A stretch of 64,000 nucleotides of DNA from Candidatus Eiseniibacteriota bacterium (GTDB taxonomy: Bacteria; Eisenbacteria; RBG-16-71-46; JABDJR01). Positions 1 to 10,106 of this stretch are shown here, in pieces. Made by a program: the position numbers and the translations under genes. The notes beneath the pieces are model-generated. The model was not told the origin of the DNA, did not search any database, and worked only from the letters and a program-made list of their open reading frames with translations. Position 1 is the first letter of the stretch, and each line of letters starts with the position of its first letter. The stretch covers positions 320,001-384,000 of the forward strand of contig CAWANH010000028.1 in the NCBI GenBank assembly GCA_963783375.1, given 5' to 3'.

Positions 1-130
1 GCCCACGGAGCACCGCCTGGGCGTCCATGATCATGCGGTCCCGGAACCCGGGGTCGCTGAACCCGCGCATCGTCACCAGGAGGGTGACGGCGATCACCGC
101 CAGGTTGGCCACGGCTTGGAGTTGGATCAC
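1..130 (-). CDS. Partial gene running off the window edge; probable rhomboid-family intramembrane protease N-terminus
   Basis: Manual translation VIQLQAVANLAVIAVTLLVTMRGFSDPGFRDRMIMDAQAVLRG resembles rhomboid N-termini. The catalytic motifs would lie outside the window. Confidence 0.45.
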   Translation of the reverse strand, partial: MIQLQAVANLAVIAVTLLVTMRGFSDPGFRDRMIMDAQAVLRG

Positions 131-285
131 GCTCAATCCAGGCTGGAGAACACGCGGGGGCCCCGCGCGCGATGGGATGGCCGGCCGGGTCCGGTGACGC
201 ACCGGCCGGGCGGCGGGAACCGCTCCGGGTAGCTTACCCCAGGCGTCCCCGTTCCGGGTACCCGGAGGAGGGGCCGGGACCGGAG

Positions 286-1764
286 CTACATCCCCGCGGC
301 GGCGGTCCCCATGAAGGTGCGCATCCCGGCCACTGCGTTGTGGACGGTGTCGTAGAGCGGCCCCGGGTAGACCCCCAGGAAGAGGATACCCACCACGGCC
401 AGACCCAGGGCCAAAGCGATGGCCGCGTTGGCCGGGATCAGGAAGGGGGCCTCGGAGGCGGCGGGCCGCATGTACATGAGGACCACCACCCGCAGGTAGT
501 AGTACACGGACACCAGCGACGCCATCACGCCGATCACCGCCAGCCAGACGTGGCCCTGCTGGATCGCCGCCCCGAAGATATAGAACTTCCCGATGAAGCC
601 CGCGGTGGGGGGAATCCCGGCCAGGGAGAACATGAACACCGCCATGGCCAGCCCCAGCCAGGGGCGCGACCAACCGAGGCCGGCGAAGTTCTCGATGGCG
701 GTGCCGCCGTCGTCCTCGCCCTTCGCCAGCGCCACCACCCCGAAGGAGCCGAGGGTGGTGAGGGAGTAGACCACGAGGTAGAAGAGGACGCCGACCCCTC
801 CCAGATCCGCCCCCGCCACCAGGGCCACCAGGACGTAGCCGGCGTGGGCGATGGCCGAGTAGGCCAGGAGACGCTTCATGTCCTTCTGGACCAGGGCCAG
901 GATGTTCCCGATCACCATGGTGAGGACGGCCAGCCACCAGACCAGCGCCGTCCAATCCGGCCGGGCCGCGTCGAATCCGAATCCCAGAATGCGCAGGAGC
1001 GCGACGAAGACCGCCACCTTGGGGCCGGCGGCCATGAAGGCGGTGACCGCGGTGGGCGCGCCCTCGTACACATCGGGGGTCCACATGTGGAAGGGGACCG
1101 CCGAGACCTTGAAACCAAGTCCCACCAGGATGAGGCCGATCCCGGCGATGAGGAGCGGGTTCCCCGCCACTCCCGTCGTCTTGAGCGCGGCGGCGATCTC
1201 GACCAGGTGGGTGCTCCCGGTGGCGCCGTAGGTGAGCGCGATCCCGTAAAGGAGGAAGGCGCTGGCGAAGGCCCCCAGGAGCAGGTACTTCACGCTGGCC
1301 TCGTTGCTCCGGGCCGCGTGCCAGCGGAAGGAGGCCAGGATGTACTGGGAGATGGAGGCCACTTCCAGGCCGATGAAGATGGTGACGAGGTCGAGCCCGG
1401 ACGCCATGGCCATCATGCCCGCGGTGGCGAAGAGAATGAGCGCGAAGTACTCGCCGCTCTCCACCTCCCACCGCCCCGCGTAGCCCGCGGTGATGAGGAG
1501 GGTCATGAAGGCGGAGAAGGCCAGGAGCGCCAGGGTGATCCGGCTGATGCCGTCCACCGCCACCGAGCCGGAGAACGCCGGGGCGCCGGTCTTCATGGTC
1601 GCCGCGGCGACCATGGCCGCGAGCGCGCCCAGGGCGCAGAGGGCCAGGATCCCTCCCCCGGCGCGCCCCCGCCGGCCGGCGGTCAGGAGCAGGGCCAGGG
1701 AACCGACCACGGCCAGGATCACTTCGGGGAGGATGGCCATCCAGTTGACGGATACCGCGGGCAT
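286..1764 (-). CDS. nuoN: NADH-quinone oxidoreductase subunit N
   Basis: GFKVSAVPFHMWTPDVYEGAP, KRLLAYSAIAHAGY and SLAGIPPTAGFIGK motifs; last gene of the nuo operon. Confidence 0.96.
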   Translation of the reverse strand: MPAVSVNWMAILPEVILAVVGSLALLLTAGRRGRAGGGILALCALGALAAMVAAATMKTGAPAFSGSVAVDGISRITLALLAFSAFMTLLITAGYAGRWEVESGEYFALILFATAGMMAMASGLDLVTIFIGLEVASISQYILASFRWHAARSNEASVKYLLLGAFASAFLLYGIALTYGATGSTHLVEIAAALKTTGVAGNPLLIAGIGLILVGLGFKVSAVPFHMWTPDVYEGAPTAVTAFMAAGPKVAVFVALLRILGFGFDAARPDWTALVWWLAVLTMVIGNILALVQKDMKRLLAYSAIAHAGYVLVALVAGADLGGVGVLFYLVVYSLTTLGSFGVVALAKGEDDGGTAIENFAGLGWSRPWLGLAMAVFMFSLAGIPPTAGFIGKFYIFGAAIQQGHVWLAVIGVMASLVSVYYYLRVVVLMYMRPAASEAPFLIPANAAIALALGLAVVGILFLGVYPGPLYDTVHNAVAGMRTFMGTAAAGM

Positions 1765-3464
1765 CACTCTGTCCCCCCCCCGGCGTCGGTTCGGCTCGGC
1801 GCCGGATCCGCGCTCTCGCCCGCCCGCGCCGAGGCTTCGGCGCCGGCCGGCAACTGGTCCTCAAGGGCGGCGGCGGCGCCCTCCCCCATCCGGACCGATC
1901 CCCCCTCGGCGAGCACCCGGGCCCGGGCCGGAGCCTGGGGGGTGCCGACGTTGAACCATCCCGGGTGCGCGGTCTGGGCCGAGGTCTCCGCGGAGTTCCC
2001 GGTCTGGTCGAGCACGTGGAGCACCGAGGCGCTCATGGTGTCCAGGAAGGGTTTGGGATAGATCCCGATCCAGAAGATCAGGACCAGAAGCGGCAACAGG
2101 GTCGCGAACTCGCGCCCGTTCATGTCCTTGAGCTTCTCGTTCTCCGCGTGGGTCACCTTGCCGAACATGACCCGCTGGAACATCCAGAGCATGTAGACCG
2201 CGGCCAGGATGACCCCACTGGCCGCGATCACCCCGTAGACCTTGCTGTGGGCGAACGCTCCCAGGAGGATCAGGAACTCGCCCACGAAGCCGTTGGTCCC
2301 GGGGAGCCCCACCGAGGCCAGGGTCACGATCATGAAACAGGCGGCGAAGAGCGGCATGACCGCGGTGAGGCCGCCGAACTGCTCGATGAGCCGGGTGTGG
2401 CGCCGCTCGTAGATGATCCCCACCAGAAGGAAGAGCGCGCCGGTGGAGAGCCCGTGGTTCACCATCTGGAGGAGCCCGCCCTGAAGCCCCTGCACGTTGA
2501 GCGCGAAGATCCCCAGCATCACGAAGCCCAGATGGCTCACCGAGCTGTAGGCCACCAGCTTCTTGAGATCCGGCTGGACCATGGCCACCAGGGCCCCGTA
2601 GATGATCCCGATCACCGCCAGGGCCATGATCCAGGGAACCGCGGCCTGGGTGGCGTGCGGAAAGAGCGGCAAGCAGAAGCGGATGTAGCCGTAGGTCCCC
2701 ATCTTGAGCAGGACGCCGGCCAGAATGACCGAGCCCGCGGTGGGGGCCTCCACGTGGGCGTCGGGGAGCCAGGTGTGGAACGGAAACAGGGGCACCTTGA
2801 TGGCGAAGGCCAGGGCGTAGGCCGAGAAGAGCAGAAGCTCCTGGATGCGGCTCAGATGGGTGCCGTAGAGCTCCAGGAGATTGAAGGTCAGGACTCCGGT
2901 CTCCGCCTTGTGGGCCAGGGCCAGGAAGATGATGGCCACCAGCATCAACAGGCTACCGAACATCGTGTAGAGGAAGAACTTCACCGCGGCGTAGATCCGC
3001 CGCTGGCCGCCCCACACCCCGATCAGGAAGTACATGGGGATGAGCATGGCCTCCCAGAACACGTAGAAGAAGAAGAGGTCCAGGGCCACGAACACCCCCA
3101 GCATCCCGGTCTCCAGGACGAGGAGGAAGGCGTAGTAGCTCCGGGTCTTCTCGGTGATCGCGCTGAACGAGGCCAGGATGGCGATCGTGCTCAGGAGGGT
3201 GGTCAGGAGCACCAGGAGGAGGCTGATCCCGTCCACCCCCAGGTGATAGCTGATCCCGAACTGAGGGATCCAGCGGGCGATCTCCACGAACTGGAAGTCG
3301 TGCTGCGTCCGGTCGAACCCGAACCAGAGGGTGAGGGAGACCAGGAAGTTGGCCAGCGCGAAGAGGAGCGCGGTCATCCGCTGGGCCTTGGCCGGCATGG
3401 GCACGAGCCAGAGGAAGAGCGCCCCCAGAAGCGGCAGGAAGACGATGATGGATAGGATGGGCAT
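1764..3464 (-). CDS. nuoM: NADH-quinone oxidoreductase subunit M, with a C-terminal low-complexity extension
   Basis: FAIKVPLFPFHTWLPDAHVEAPTAGSVILAGVLLKMG; ATG at 3464 overlaps the nuoL stop (TGATG). Confidence 0.96.
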   Translation of the reverse strand: MPILSIIVFLPLLGALFLWLVPMPAKAQRMTALLFALANFLVSLTLWFGFDRTQHDFQFVEIARWIPQFGISYHLGVDGISLLLVLLTTLLSTIAILASFSAITEKTRSYYAFLLVLETGMLGVFVALDLFFFYVFWEAMLIPMYFLIGVWGGQRRIYAAVKFFLYTMFGSLLMLVAIIFLALAHKAETGVLTFNLLELYGTHLSRIQELLLFSAYALAFAIKVPLFPFHTWLPDAHVEAPTAGSVILAGVLLKMGTYGYIRFCLPLFPHATQAAVPWIMALAVIGIIYGALVAMVQPDLKKLVAYSSVSHLGFVMLGIFALNVQGLQGGLLQMVNHGLSTGALFLLVGIIYERRHTRLIEQFGGLTAVMPLFAACFMIVTLASVGLPGTNGFVGEFLILLGAFAHSKVYGVIAASGVILAAVYMLWMFQRVMFGKVTHAENEKLKDMNGREFATLLPLLVLIFWIGIYPKPFLDTMSASVLHVLDQTGNSAETSAQTAHPGWFNVGTPQAPARARVLAEGGSVRMGEGAAAALEDQLPAGAEASARAGESADPAPSRTDAGGGTE

Positions 3465-5443
3465 CAGCGGCCTCCCCCGAAGAGCACGTAGCTCATGATG
3501 AGGATGGCCCCCACCATGATGGCGGCCGCGTAGTTCCCGGTGAGCCCGGTCTGGATGGGCCGGAGGAATCCGCCGATCCCGCGCATCGCCTTCCCCGACC
3601 CGTTCACCAGGCCGTCGATGATCTCGACGTCGAAGATCTTCCACAGGAACCGGCTGATCGCCACCAGGGGCGTCACCACCGCCGCGTGGTAGATCTCGTC
3701 CACGTAGAACTTGTTCAGGAGAACCCGGTACATGCCGGCGAAGCGCGCCCCCATGGCCTTGGCCCGCTCCGGCTTGACCACGTAGTTCTGCCAGCCCCAC
3801 CACACCCCGATCACCGCGATGGCCACCGAGACCGCGAGCAGCACCAGCTCCAGCCCCATGCCGTGACCCGCGGCCTCGGCCGCGTGCCCGGCCGCCTCGG
3901 CGCCGTGGCCCGCCGCCGCTTCACCCGAAGCGGCGTGCGCCCCCACCACCGGTCCCAGCCAGCGGTGCATGACGTTCAGCTTCAGGGCGAAGGGGAGGCC
4001 GAGAAAGCCCCCCACGGTGGAGAGAACGGCCAGGAGCACCAGGGGAACGGTCATCACCGAGGGCGATTCCTTGGCGTTCTCGTGGATGTGGCGGTCGCGG
4101 GGCTTTCCGTAGAAGGTCATGGCCACCGCGCGGGTGATGTAGAACGCGGTCAACAGCGCCGCCGCCGCGCCCAGCACCCAGAGCACCTTCCCCAGGGGCC
4201 CCAGGAGCCCCGAGGTGAAGGTGTTGTAGAGGATCTCGTCCTTGGAGAAGAACCCGGCGAATATCGGCACGCCGGCCAGGGCCAGGGACCCGATCACGAA
4301 GGTGGTGCGGGTGACGGGCATCTTGGAGCCGAGCCCGCCCATCTTCCGCATGTCCTGCTCGTGGTGGCAGGCCTCGATCACGGATCCCGAGCCGAGGAAG
4401 AGGAGCGCCTTGAAGAAGGCGTGAGTCATGAGGTGGAAGATGGCGGCCACGAAGGCCCCCGCCCCCACCGCCATGAACATGTAGCCGAGCTGGGACACCG
4501 TGGAGTAAGCCAGGACGCGCTTGATGTCGTTCTGGACCAACCCGATCGAGGCGGCAAAGATCGCGGTGAGCGCGCCGACCACCCCGACCACCGCCAGCGC
4601 GGCGGGGGCCAGCATGAAGAGGCTCGAGGCCCGGACGAAGAGGTACACCCCCGCGGTCACCATGGTGGCGGCGTGGATCAGGGCCGAAACCGGGGTGGGG
4701 CCTTCCATGGCGTCGGGGAGCCAGACATAGAGGGGAAGCTGGGCCGACTTCCCGGTGGCGCCCAGGAAGAAGAGGAGCGCGATGACGGTGGGGAGCGCGG
4801 CCCCCACCGCGAAGACCTCGGGGGCCCGCTGGAAGACCTCGGTGAAGGTCAACGAGCCCAGGTTCCAGTACAGGAGGAACATCCCGATCAGCACCCCGAA
4901 GTCGCCGATCCGGTTCACGATGAAGGCCTTCTTGCCGGCGTTGGCGGCGGAGTCCTTGGTGTACCAGAAGCCGATCAGGAGATAGGAGCAGAGGCCCACC
5001 CCCTCCCAGCCCACGAAGAGCAGGAGGAAGTTGTCCGCCAGAACCAGGGTCAGCATGGCGAACATGAAGAGGTTCAGGTAGGTGAAGTAGCGCTTGTACC
5101 CCGGGTCGTGAGCCATGTAGCCGATGCTGTAGACGTGGATGAGGAAGCCCACCCCGGCCACCACCAGGGCCATGACCGCGGAGAGCTGGTCCCACTGGAA
5201 GGCCACGTCGACCCGGAAGGATCCGACGGCGATCCACGGGAAGAGGCTCTTCACCACCAGCCGCTCCCCCTCGGGAAGAGCGCGAAGCCCGAAGAAGGCC
5301 CCGGCGGCCAACAGGAAGGCCGCCCCCACCGTGGCGCAGGCCAGGTAGCCGGCCAGCTTGCGGGGCATCCACTTGAGCCCCAGGCCGTTCACCAGGAAGC
5401 CCGCCAGGGGCAACAAAGGAATGAGCCAGAATGCGTTCAACAC
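3464..5443 (-). CDS. nuoL: NADH-quinone oxidoreductase subunit L
   Basis: GKSAQLPLYVWLPDAMEGPTPVSALIHAATMVTAG and AIFHLMTHAFFKALLF. Confidence 0.97.
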   Translation of the reverse strand: MLNAFWLIPLLPLAGFLVNGLGLKWMPRKLAGYLACATVGAAFLLAAGAFFGLRALPEGERLVVKSLFPWIAVGSFRVDVAFQWDQLSAVMALVVAGVGFLIHVYSIGYMAHDPGYKRYFTYLNLFMFAMLTLVLADNFLLLFVGWEGVGLCSYLLIGFWYTKDSAANAGKKAFIVNRIGDFGVLIGMFLLYWNLGSLTFTEVFQRAPEVFAVGAALPTVIALLFFLGATGKSAQLPLYVWLPDAMEGPTPVSALIHAATMVTAGVYLFVRASSLFMLAPAALAVVGVVGALTAIFAASIGLVQNDIKRVLAYSTVSQLGYMFMAVGAGAFVAAIFHLMTHAFFKALLFLGSGSVIEACHHEQDMRKMGGLGSKMPVTRTTFVIGSLALAGVPIFAGFFSKDEILYNTFTSGLLGPLGKVLWVLGAAAALLTAFYITRAVAMTFYGKPRDRHIHENAKESPSVMTVPLVLLAVLSTVGGFLGLPFALKLNVMHRWLGPVVGAHAASGEAAAGHGAEAAGHAAEAAGHGMGLELVLLAVSVAIAVIGVWWGWQNYVVKPERAKAMGARFAGMYRVLLNKFYVDEIYHAAVVTPLVAISRFLWKIFDVEIIDGLVNGSGKAMRGIGGFLRPIQTGLTGNYAAAIMVGAILIMSYVLFGGGR

Positions 5444-5447
5444 CGCC

Positions 5448-5753
5448 CTACCCCTTCAGCAAGCTGACGTTGTTGATGTCCACCGTTCCCTTTTTGCGGA
5501 AGAGATCGATGATGATGGCCAGCCCGACCGAGACTTCGGCCGCCGCCACCGCCAGAACGAAGAAGACCAGCACCTGGCCGTCCATGGAACCCAGGGACCG
5601 CCCGAAGGCGACCAGGGAGATATTGGCCGCGTTGAGCATCAACTCGATGCACATGAAGATGACCAGGAGGTTCCGGCGGAAGAGCACCCCCATCACCCCG
5701 ATGGAGAAGAGCAGCCCGGCCAGGACCTGGAAGTAGCTCAACGGGACCGCCAT
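5448..5753 (-). CDS. nuoK: NADH-quinone oxidoreductase subunit K
   Basis: RRNLLVIFMCIELMLNAAN and AAAEVSVGLA. Confidence 0.96.
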   Translation of the reverse strand: MAVPLSYFQVLAGLLFSIGVMGVLFRRNLLVIFMCIELMLNAANISLVAFGRSLGSMDGQVLVFFVLAVAAAEVSVGLAIIIDLFRKKGTVDINNVSLLKG

Positions 5754-6298
5754 CACGAACCCTCCCCCGTTCCCACGTGTCCCTCGAGACCCCGTCCGTG
5801 ACGGCGGGTGATCGCCACCGCGCCCACGATCGCCACCAGGAGGAGGATCGAGGCCACCTCGAAGGGGAAAATGAACTTCTTGTAGAGCGTCAAGCCGACG
5901 TTCTGAACGCTGCCCATGTCCGCGCCGGCCGCCCCGTGGGTTCCGGTCAGGATCATGGTGACGGCCAGGAAGGCGGTCTCGGCGACCATCAGCCCGGCCA
6001 GGACCGCGGCCCCGATCCGCTTCCAGCCCGAGGGGATCCCCGCCCCCTCGCCCGACTCCTCGTACGACACGCTGAGAAGCATGATCACGAAGACGAAGAG
6101 CACCATGATCGCCCCGGCGTAGACGATGATCTGGAGCATGGCCAGAAACGGAGCCGAGAGCATGAGATAGAGCACGGCGGTGACGGCGAACACCCCCACC
6201 AGGCTCAGCGCGCTGTAGATGGCGCTCCGCTGGAGCACCACTGCCAGGGCGCCCGCGACCGCGAGAACGGCGAGCAGTATGAATGCGGCAATGGCCAC
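5753..6298 (-). CDS. nuoJ: NADH-quinone oxidoreductase subunit J
   Basis: LQIIVYAGAIMVLFVFVIMLL and PFEVASILLLVAIVGAV; GTG start inferred. Confidence 0.93.
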   Translation of the reverse strand: MAIAAFILLAVLAVAGALAVVLQRSAIYSALSLVGVFAVTAVLYLMLSAPFLAMLQIIVYAGAIMVLFVFVIMLLSVSYEESGEGAGIPSGWKRIGAAVLAGLMVAETAFLAVTMILTGTHGAAGADMGSVQNVGLTLYKKFIFPFEVASILLLVAIVGAVAITRRHGRGLEGHVGTGEGS

Positions 6299-6402
6299 GT
6301 CGTTACCCCACCCGGCGGCCGGACGTCGCCGTCCGCCGCCTATTCCTCGGACCGGCCCCCCTCCCCCTCGCCCCATCGGGCGAAACCGGGGACGCGGCCG
6401 GT

Positions 6403-7401
6403 CTACCCTTTGAGAGCCAGAACCAGCGCCGTGGCGAAGATGTTGAGCAACGCCAACGGAAGCATGACCTTCCAGCCGAAACGCATGAGCTGATCGAAGC
6501 GGAAGCGGGGAAGGGTTCCCCGGGTCCACATCATGAAGAAGATGAGGATCCCCATCTTGGCCGCGAACCAGACCGGGGCCGTCCAGGCCGGAGCGGGCCA
6601 GGGCACGATCCAGCCCCCCAGGAAGAGCAGTGTGGCCATGGCGGTCACCGTGATCAGGTTCGCGTACTCGCCCAGGAAGTACATGGCGAAGCGCATGCCG
6701 CTGTACTCGGTGTGGTAGCCGGCCACCAGCTCCGGCTCCGCCTCGGGAAGGTCGAAGGGGATGCGGTTGATCTCCGCCATCGATCCGATCACGAACAGGA
6801 TGAACCCCACGGGCTGGTAGACCACCAGAGGCAGGTGCCGCTGGGCGTTCACGATGTCCACCAGGCTGAACGATCCGGTCAGCATCACCACCGAGACCAC
6901 CACCAGGCCCAGGGTGAGCTCGTAGGAGATCATCTGGGCCGAGGAGCGAAGCCCGCCCATCAGGGCGTACTTGTTGTTGGAGGACCAGCCGCCCAGGAAG
7001 ATCCCGTACACCCCGATGCTGGACAGGGCCAGAACGAAGAGAAGGGCCACGTTGATGTCGGTGATGTGGAGCGGCACCTCGCGCCCGAAAAGATGGATGG
7101 AATCCCCGAAGGGGATCACCGCGAAGGTGAGAAGCGCGGGAACCAGGGAGAAGATGGGGGCGAGCAGGAAGAGCAGCCGGTCCGCCGCCTCCGGGATCAC
7201 CGTCTCCTTGGTCATGAGCTTCAGGGCGTCGGCCGCGGGCTGGAAGACGCCCTGGGGCCCCACCCGGTTGGGACCGACGCGGGACTGCATGTGGGCCAGC
7301 ACCCGGCGCTCGATCAACACCATGTAGGCCACGGCGGTCAACACCACGAGGAAGACCACCACCGCCTTGACGACCACCTCAACCCACCAGTCGATCGTCA
7401 C
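6403..7401 (-). CDS. nuoH: NADH-quinone oxidoreductase subunit H
   Basis: ERRVLAHMQSRVGPNRVGP and AEINRIPFDLPEAEPELVAGYHTEYSG; start overlaps the nuoF stop. Confidence 0.97.
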   Translation of the reverse strand: MTIDWWVEVVVKAVVVFLVVLTAVAYMVLIERRVLAHMQSRVGPNRVGPQGVFQPAADALKLMTKETVIPEAADRLLFLLAPIFSLVPALLTFAVIPFGDSIHLFGREVPLHITDINVALLFVLALSSIGVYGIFLGGWSSNNKYALMGGLRSSAQMISYELTLGLVVVSVVMLTGSFSLVDIVNAQRHLPLVVYQPVGFILFVIGSMAEINRIPFDLPEAEPELVAGYHTEYSGMRFAMYFLGEYANLITVTAMATLLFLGGWIVPWPAPAWTAPVWFAAKMGILIFFMMWTRGTLPRFRFDQLMRFGWKVMLPLALLNIFATALVLALKG

Positions 7402-8696
7402 CACGCCACCTCACAGAGCTGCGCCCCGTGGGGGCACCCGCTTTCCACGTGCGCCTCGTACTCGGCGCGGAACTTCCTGACGCTGCTGATCACCGGCCCC
7501 ACCGCCCCGTCGGCCAGGGCGCAGATGGTGCGGCCGCCCCCCATCTCGCTGGCGATATCCAGGAGGAGGTCGATCTCCTCCGGCTTGGCCCCTCCGTGCT
7601 CGAACCGGTGGAGGATCCGTTCGGTCCAGTGGGTCCCTTCCCGGCACGGCGTGCACTGCCCGCAGGATTCGTGGGCGAAGAACTGGGTGAGGACCAGGGC
7701 CACATGAACCAGGCAGGTGGAATCATCCATGACCACCACCGCGGTCGACCCCATGGCCGAGCCGGCCTTGGCGATGGAGTCGTAGTCCAGGGGGACGTCG
7801 ATCTCGTCCGCGGTGAGGATCGGGGTCGAAGCCCCGCCGGGGATGACCGCCTTCAGGGCCCGGCCGTTCAGCATCCCCCCGCAATGGTCGAAGATGAGCT
7901 CCCGCAGGGTCGTCTTTCCCATCTCCAGCTCGTAGGTCCCCGGCCGGGCCACGTGGCCGCTCACCGCGAAGATGCGGGGGCCGCTGGAATTGGGAGCGCC
8001 GGTCTCCGCGAACCACTTGCCGCCCTTCAGGATGATGGCGGGGACCGAGGCGAGGGTCTCCACGTTGTTGATCACGGTGGGGCCTCCGTAGAGCCCGACC
8101 ACCGCCGGGAAGGGGGGCTTGAGCCTCGGGTGGCCGCGCTTCCCTTCCAGGGAGTCCAGCAGCCCGGTTTCCTCCCCGCAGATGTAGGCCCCGGCCCCGG
8201 CATAGACCGCGAGGTCGCAGTCGTACCCGCTCCCCAGGATGTTCTTCCCCAGGTAGCCGGCCTCGTAGGCCTCGTGGACCGCCTCCGAGACCCGGCGGAT
8301 GGGGAGTCCGTACTCCCCGCGAATATAGATGTAGGCCTGGCGGCTGCGGATCGCGTAGGCGGCGAGGACGCACCCCTCGATCAGCAGGTGCGGATCGCGC
8401 TCCAGGATGACCCGGTCCTTGAAGGTGCCCGGCTCCGACTCGTCGGCGTTGCACACAACGTACTTGGGCTTGTCGATGTTCTGGGGAACGAAACCCCATT
8501 TCATGCCCGCGGGGAATCCGGCGCCACCCCGTCCACGGAGACCGGAGTCCTTGACCACCTGGATGACCTCGTCGGGCTTCATCCCGGCCACGACCTTGCG
8601 GAGCGCCTGATAGGCCCCGTTCTCCTCGGCCACCTTCAGGGTGAAGGAGCGGGGCTTGTCCGCGTTCGCGGTGGTGACCTGCATGAACCCGCCCAT
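7398..8696 (-). CDS. nuoF: NADH-quinone oxidoreductase subunit F
   Basis: GRGGAGFPAGMKW, NADESEPGTFKDR, GAGAYICGEET and N3 ligands ESCGQCTPCREG...ICAL. Confidence 0.97.
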   Translation of the reverse strand: MGGFMQVTTANADKPRSFTLKVAEENGAYQALRKVVAGMKPDEVIQVVKDSGLRGRGGAGFPAGMKWGFVPQNIDKPKYVVCNADESEPGTFKDRVILERDPHLLIEGCVLAAYAIRSRQAYIYIRGEYGLPIRRVSEAVHEAYEAGYLGKNILGSGYDCDLAVYAGAGAYICGEETGLLDSLEGKRGHPRLKPPFPAVVGLYGGPTVINNVETLASVPAIILKGGKWFAETGAPNSSGPRIFAVSGHVARPGTYELEMGKTTLRELIFDHCGGMLNGRALKAVIPGGASTPILTADEIDVPLDYDSIAKAGSAMGSTAVVVMDDSTCLVHVALVLTQFFAHESCGQCTPCREGTHWTERILHRFEHGGAKPEEIDLLLDIASEMGGGRTICALADGAVGPVISSVRKFRAEYEAHVESGCPHGAQLCEVAW

Positions 8697-9373
8697 CACT
8701 TCCCCTCCTCGCTCTCATCGGTGGAGGCGGGCACCGCCGGGTCCCCGGGACCCTTCCCGTTCCCCCCGGGGGCGGGAGGCACGGCCAGGAACCGGGTGAT
8801 CGCCTCGCTGGCGGTGGGCACGGAGCGGCCGTCGCTTCCCCGCTCCCACTTCGCCCCATCCTTCTCGTAGTACCCGGCGGGGGCCACCGGGGGCTCCTGG
8901 TCCTTGGCCAGGGCATCCAGAATCCCATCCACCTGCTCGCGGGTCAGGTTCTCATAGAAATACGGCCCGATCTGCATCATGGGGGCGTAGCCGCAGGCCC
9001 CCAGGCACTCGGCCTCGAGGAGGGTGAACTTCCCGTCGGGGGTGGTCTCCCCGGCCTTGATCCCCAGCCGGTCCTCGATGTGGGCCAACATCTTCAGGGA
9101 GCCCCGAAGGGCGCAGGAGAGGTTCCGGCAGACCTCGAGCTTGTAGCGGCCGACCGGCTCCCGGTCGAACATGGTGTAGAAGCCGACCACCTCGGTGGTG
9201 GTGTTGCGCGGGAGCTCCAGGAGATCCGCGACCTCGATCAGGGTGTCGTCGTCGAGACACCCGCGATCGGCCTGGGCGTAGTGCAGGGCCGGCATGACCG
9301 CGGAGCGACGCTGGGGGAACCGGTCCCTGAGCTCGCGAATCCTGGCCTGGGTCGCCGCCGAAAGCTTTGCCAT
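8696..9373 (-). CDS. nuoE: NADH-quinone oxidoreductase subunit E
   Basis: 2Fe-2S ligands VCRNLSC...ECLGAC; ATG at 9373 with GAGGAAG upstream. Confidence 0.95.
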   Translation of the reverse strand: MAKLSAATQARIRELRDRFPQRRSAVMPALHYAQADRGCLDDDTLIEVADLLELPRNTTTEVVGFYTMFDREPVGRYKLEVCRNLSCALRGSLKMLAHIEDRLGIKAGETTPDGKFTLLEAECLGACGYAPMMQIGPYFYENLTREQVDGILDALAKDQEPPVAPAGYYEKDGAKWERGSDGRSVPTASEAITRFLAVPPAPGGNGKGPGDPAVPASTDESEEGK

Positions 9374-9476
9374 GTCGTCTCTTCCTCGAGGCCGGGGACC
9401 GCCCCGGCCTTCCCCCACCACCCGTCGGGCATGGCGCGGGATCCGATCGGGACCGCCCGTCCGGCGGCGCCGGTCG

Positions 9477-10106
9477 TCAGTCCTTGAGCGTGTCGATGCC
9501 GACCGGGAAACCGGTCAGCGGGAAATCCTTGCGCAGCGGGTGATGCTCGTAGTCGTCGGGCATAAGGATGCGGCGCAGGTCGGGGTGTCCGCGGAACCGG
9601 ATCCCCATGAGGTCGTAGACCTCGCGTTCAGCGTAGTCGGCCCCGGTCCAGATCCCCACCACCGAGTCGATCTCCGGCGCCTCGCCGGGGAGGGGGCACT
9701 TCACCCGGAAGCGCACCGCCTTGTCCAGGTTGAGGAGGTGGTACACCACCATGAACCGGGGCTCCGCGGGGTAGAGGTCGACCGAGGTGACGTCGTGGCA
9801 CATGCGGTAGTTCCAGGTGTCCCGCAGGAACTTCATGATCTCGAGGATCCGCTCGGGCTTCACGACCACGGTCCACTCGTCCCGGAAGACGATGATCTGG
9901 AGGAACTCCGGTCCGAACGCCTCGCGGATCGCCAAGGCGGTGCGCTCGGCGAAGGGAAGCTCGGCGTCGGTGGACACGTGGGGCGCGCCCGATTCCGGCA
10001 CGGGCTCGGCGCCGGGGACGGGCCCCACCCCGTAGGCCTCGAGCCCGGCCGGGGTCCCGTCCTTCATCCAACGCTTTCCTTGTGGATCCCTTGACTCAGG
10101 CTTCAC
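9477..10106 (-). CDS. nuoC: NADH-quinone oxidoreductase subunit C (stand-alone, not a CD fusion)
   Basis: EREVYDLMGIRFRGHPDLRRILMP...HPLRKDFP; AGGAG before the GTG start; 209 aa. Confidence 0.95.
   Translation of the reverse strand: MKPESRDPQGKRWMKDGTPAGLEAYGVGPVPGAEPVPESGAPHVSTDAELPFAERTALAIREAFGPEFLQIIVFRDEWTVVVKPERILEIMKFLRDTWNYRMCHDVTSVDLYPAEPRFMVVYHLLNLDKAVRFRVKCPLPGEAPEIDSVVGIWTGADYAEREVYDLMGIRFRGHPDLRRILMPDDYEHHPLRKDFPLTGFPVGIDTLKD

Noticed and set aside
286-5753. Mrp antiporter or hydrogenase membrane arm instead of complex I
   Set aside because: NuoA, H, J, C, E and F are present and the L/M/N motifs are Nuo-type; no NiFe large subunit was seen.
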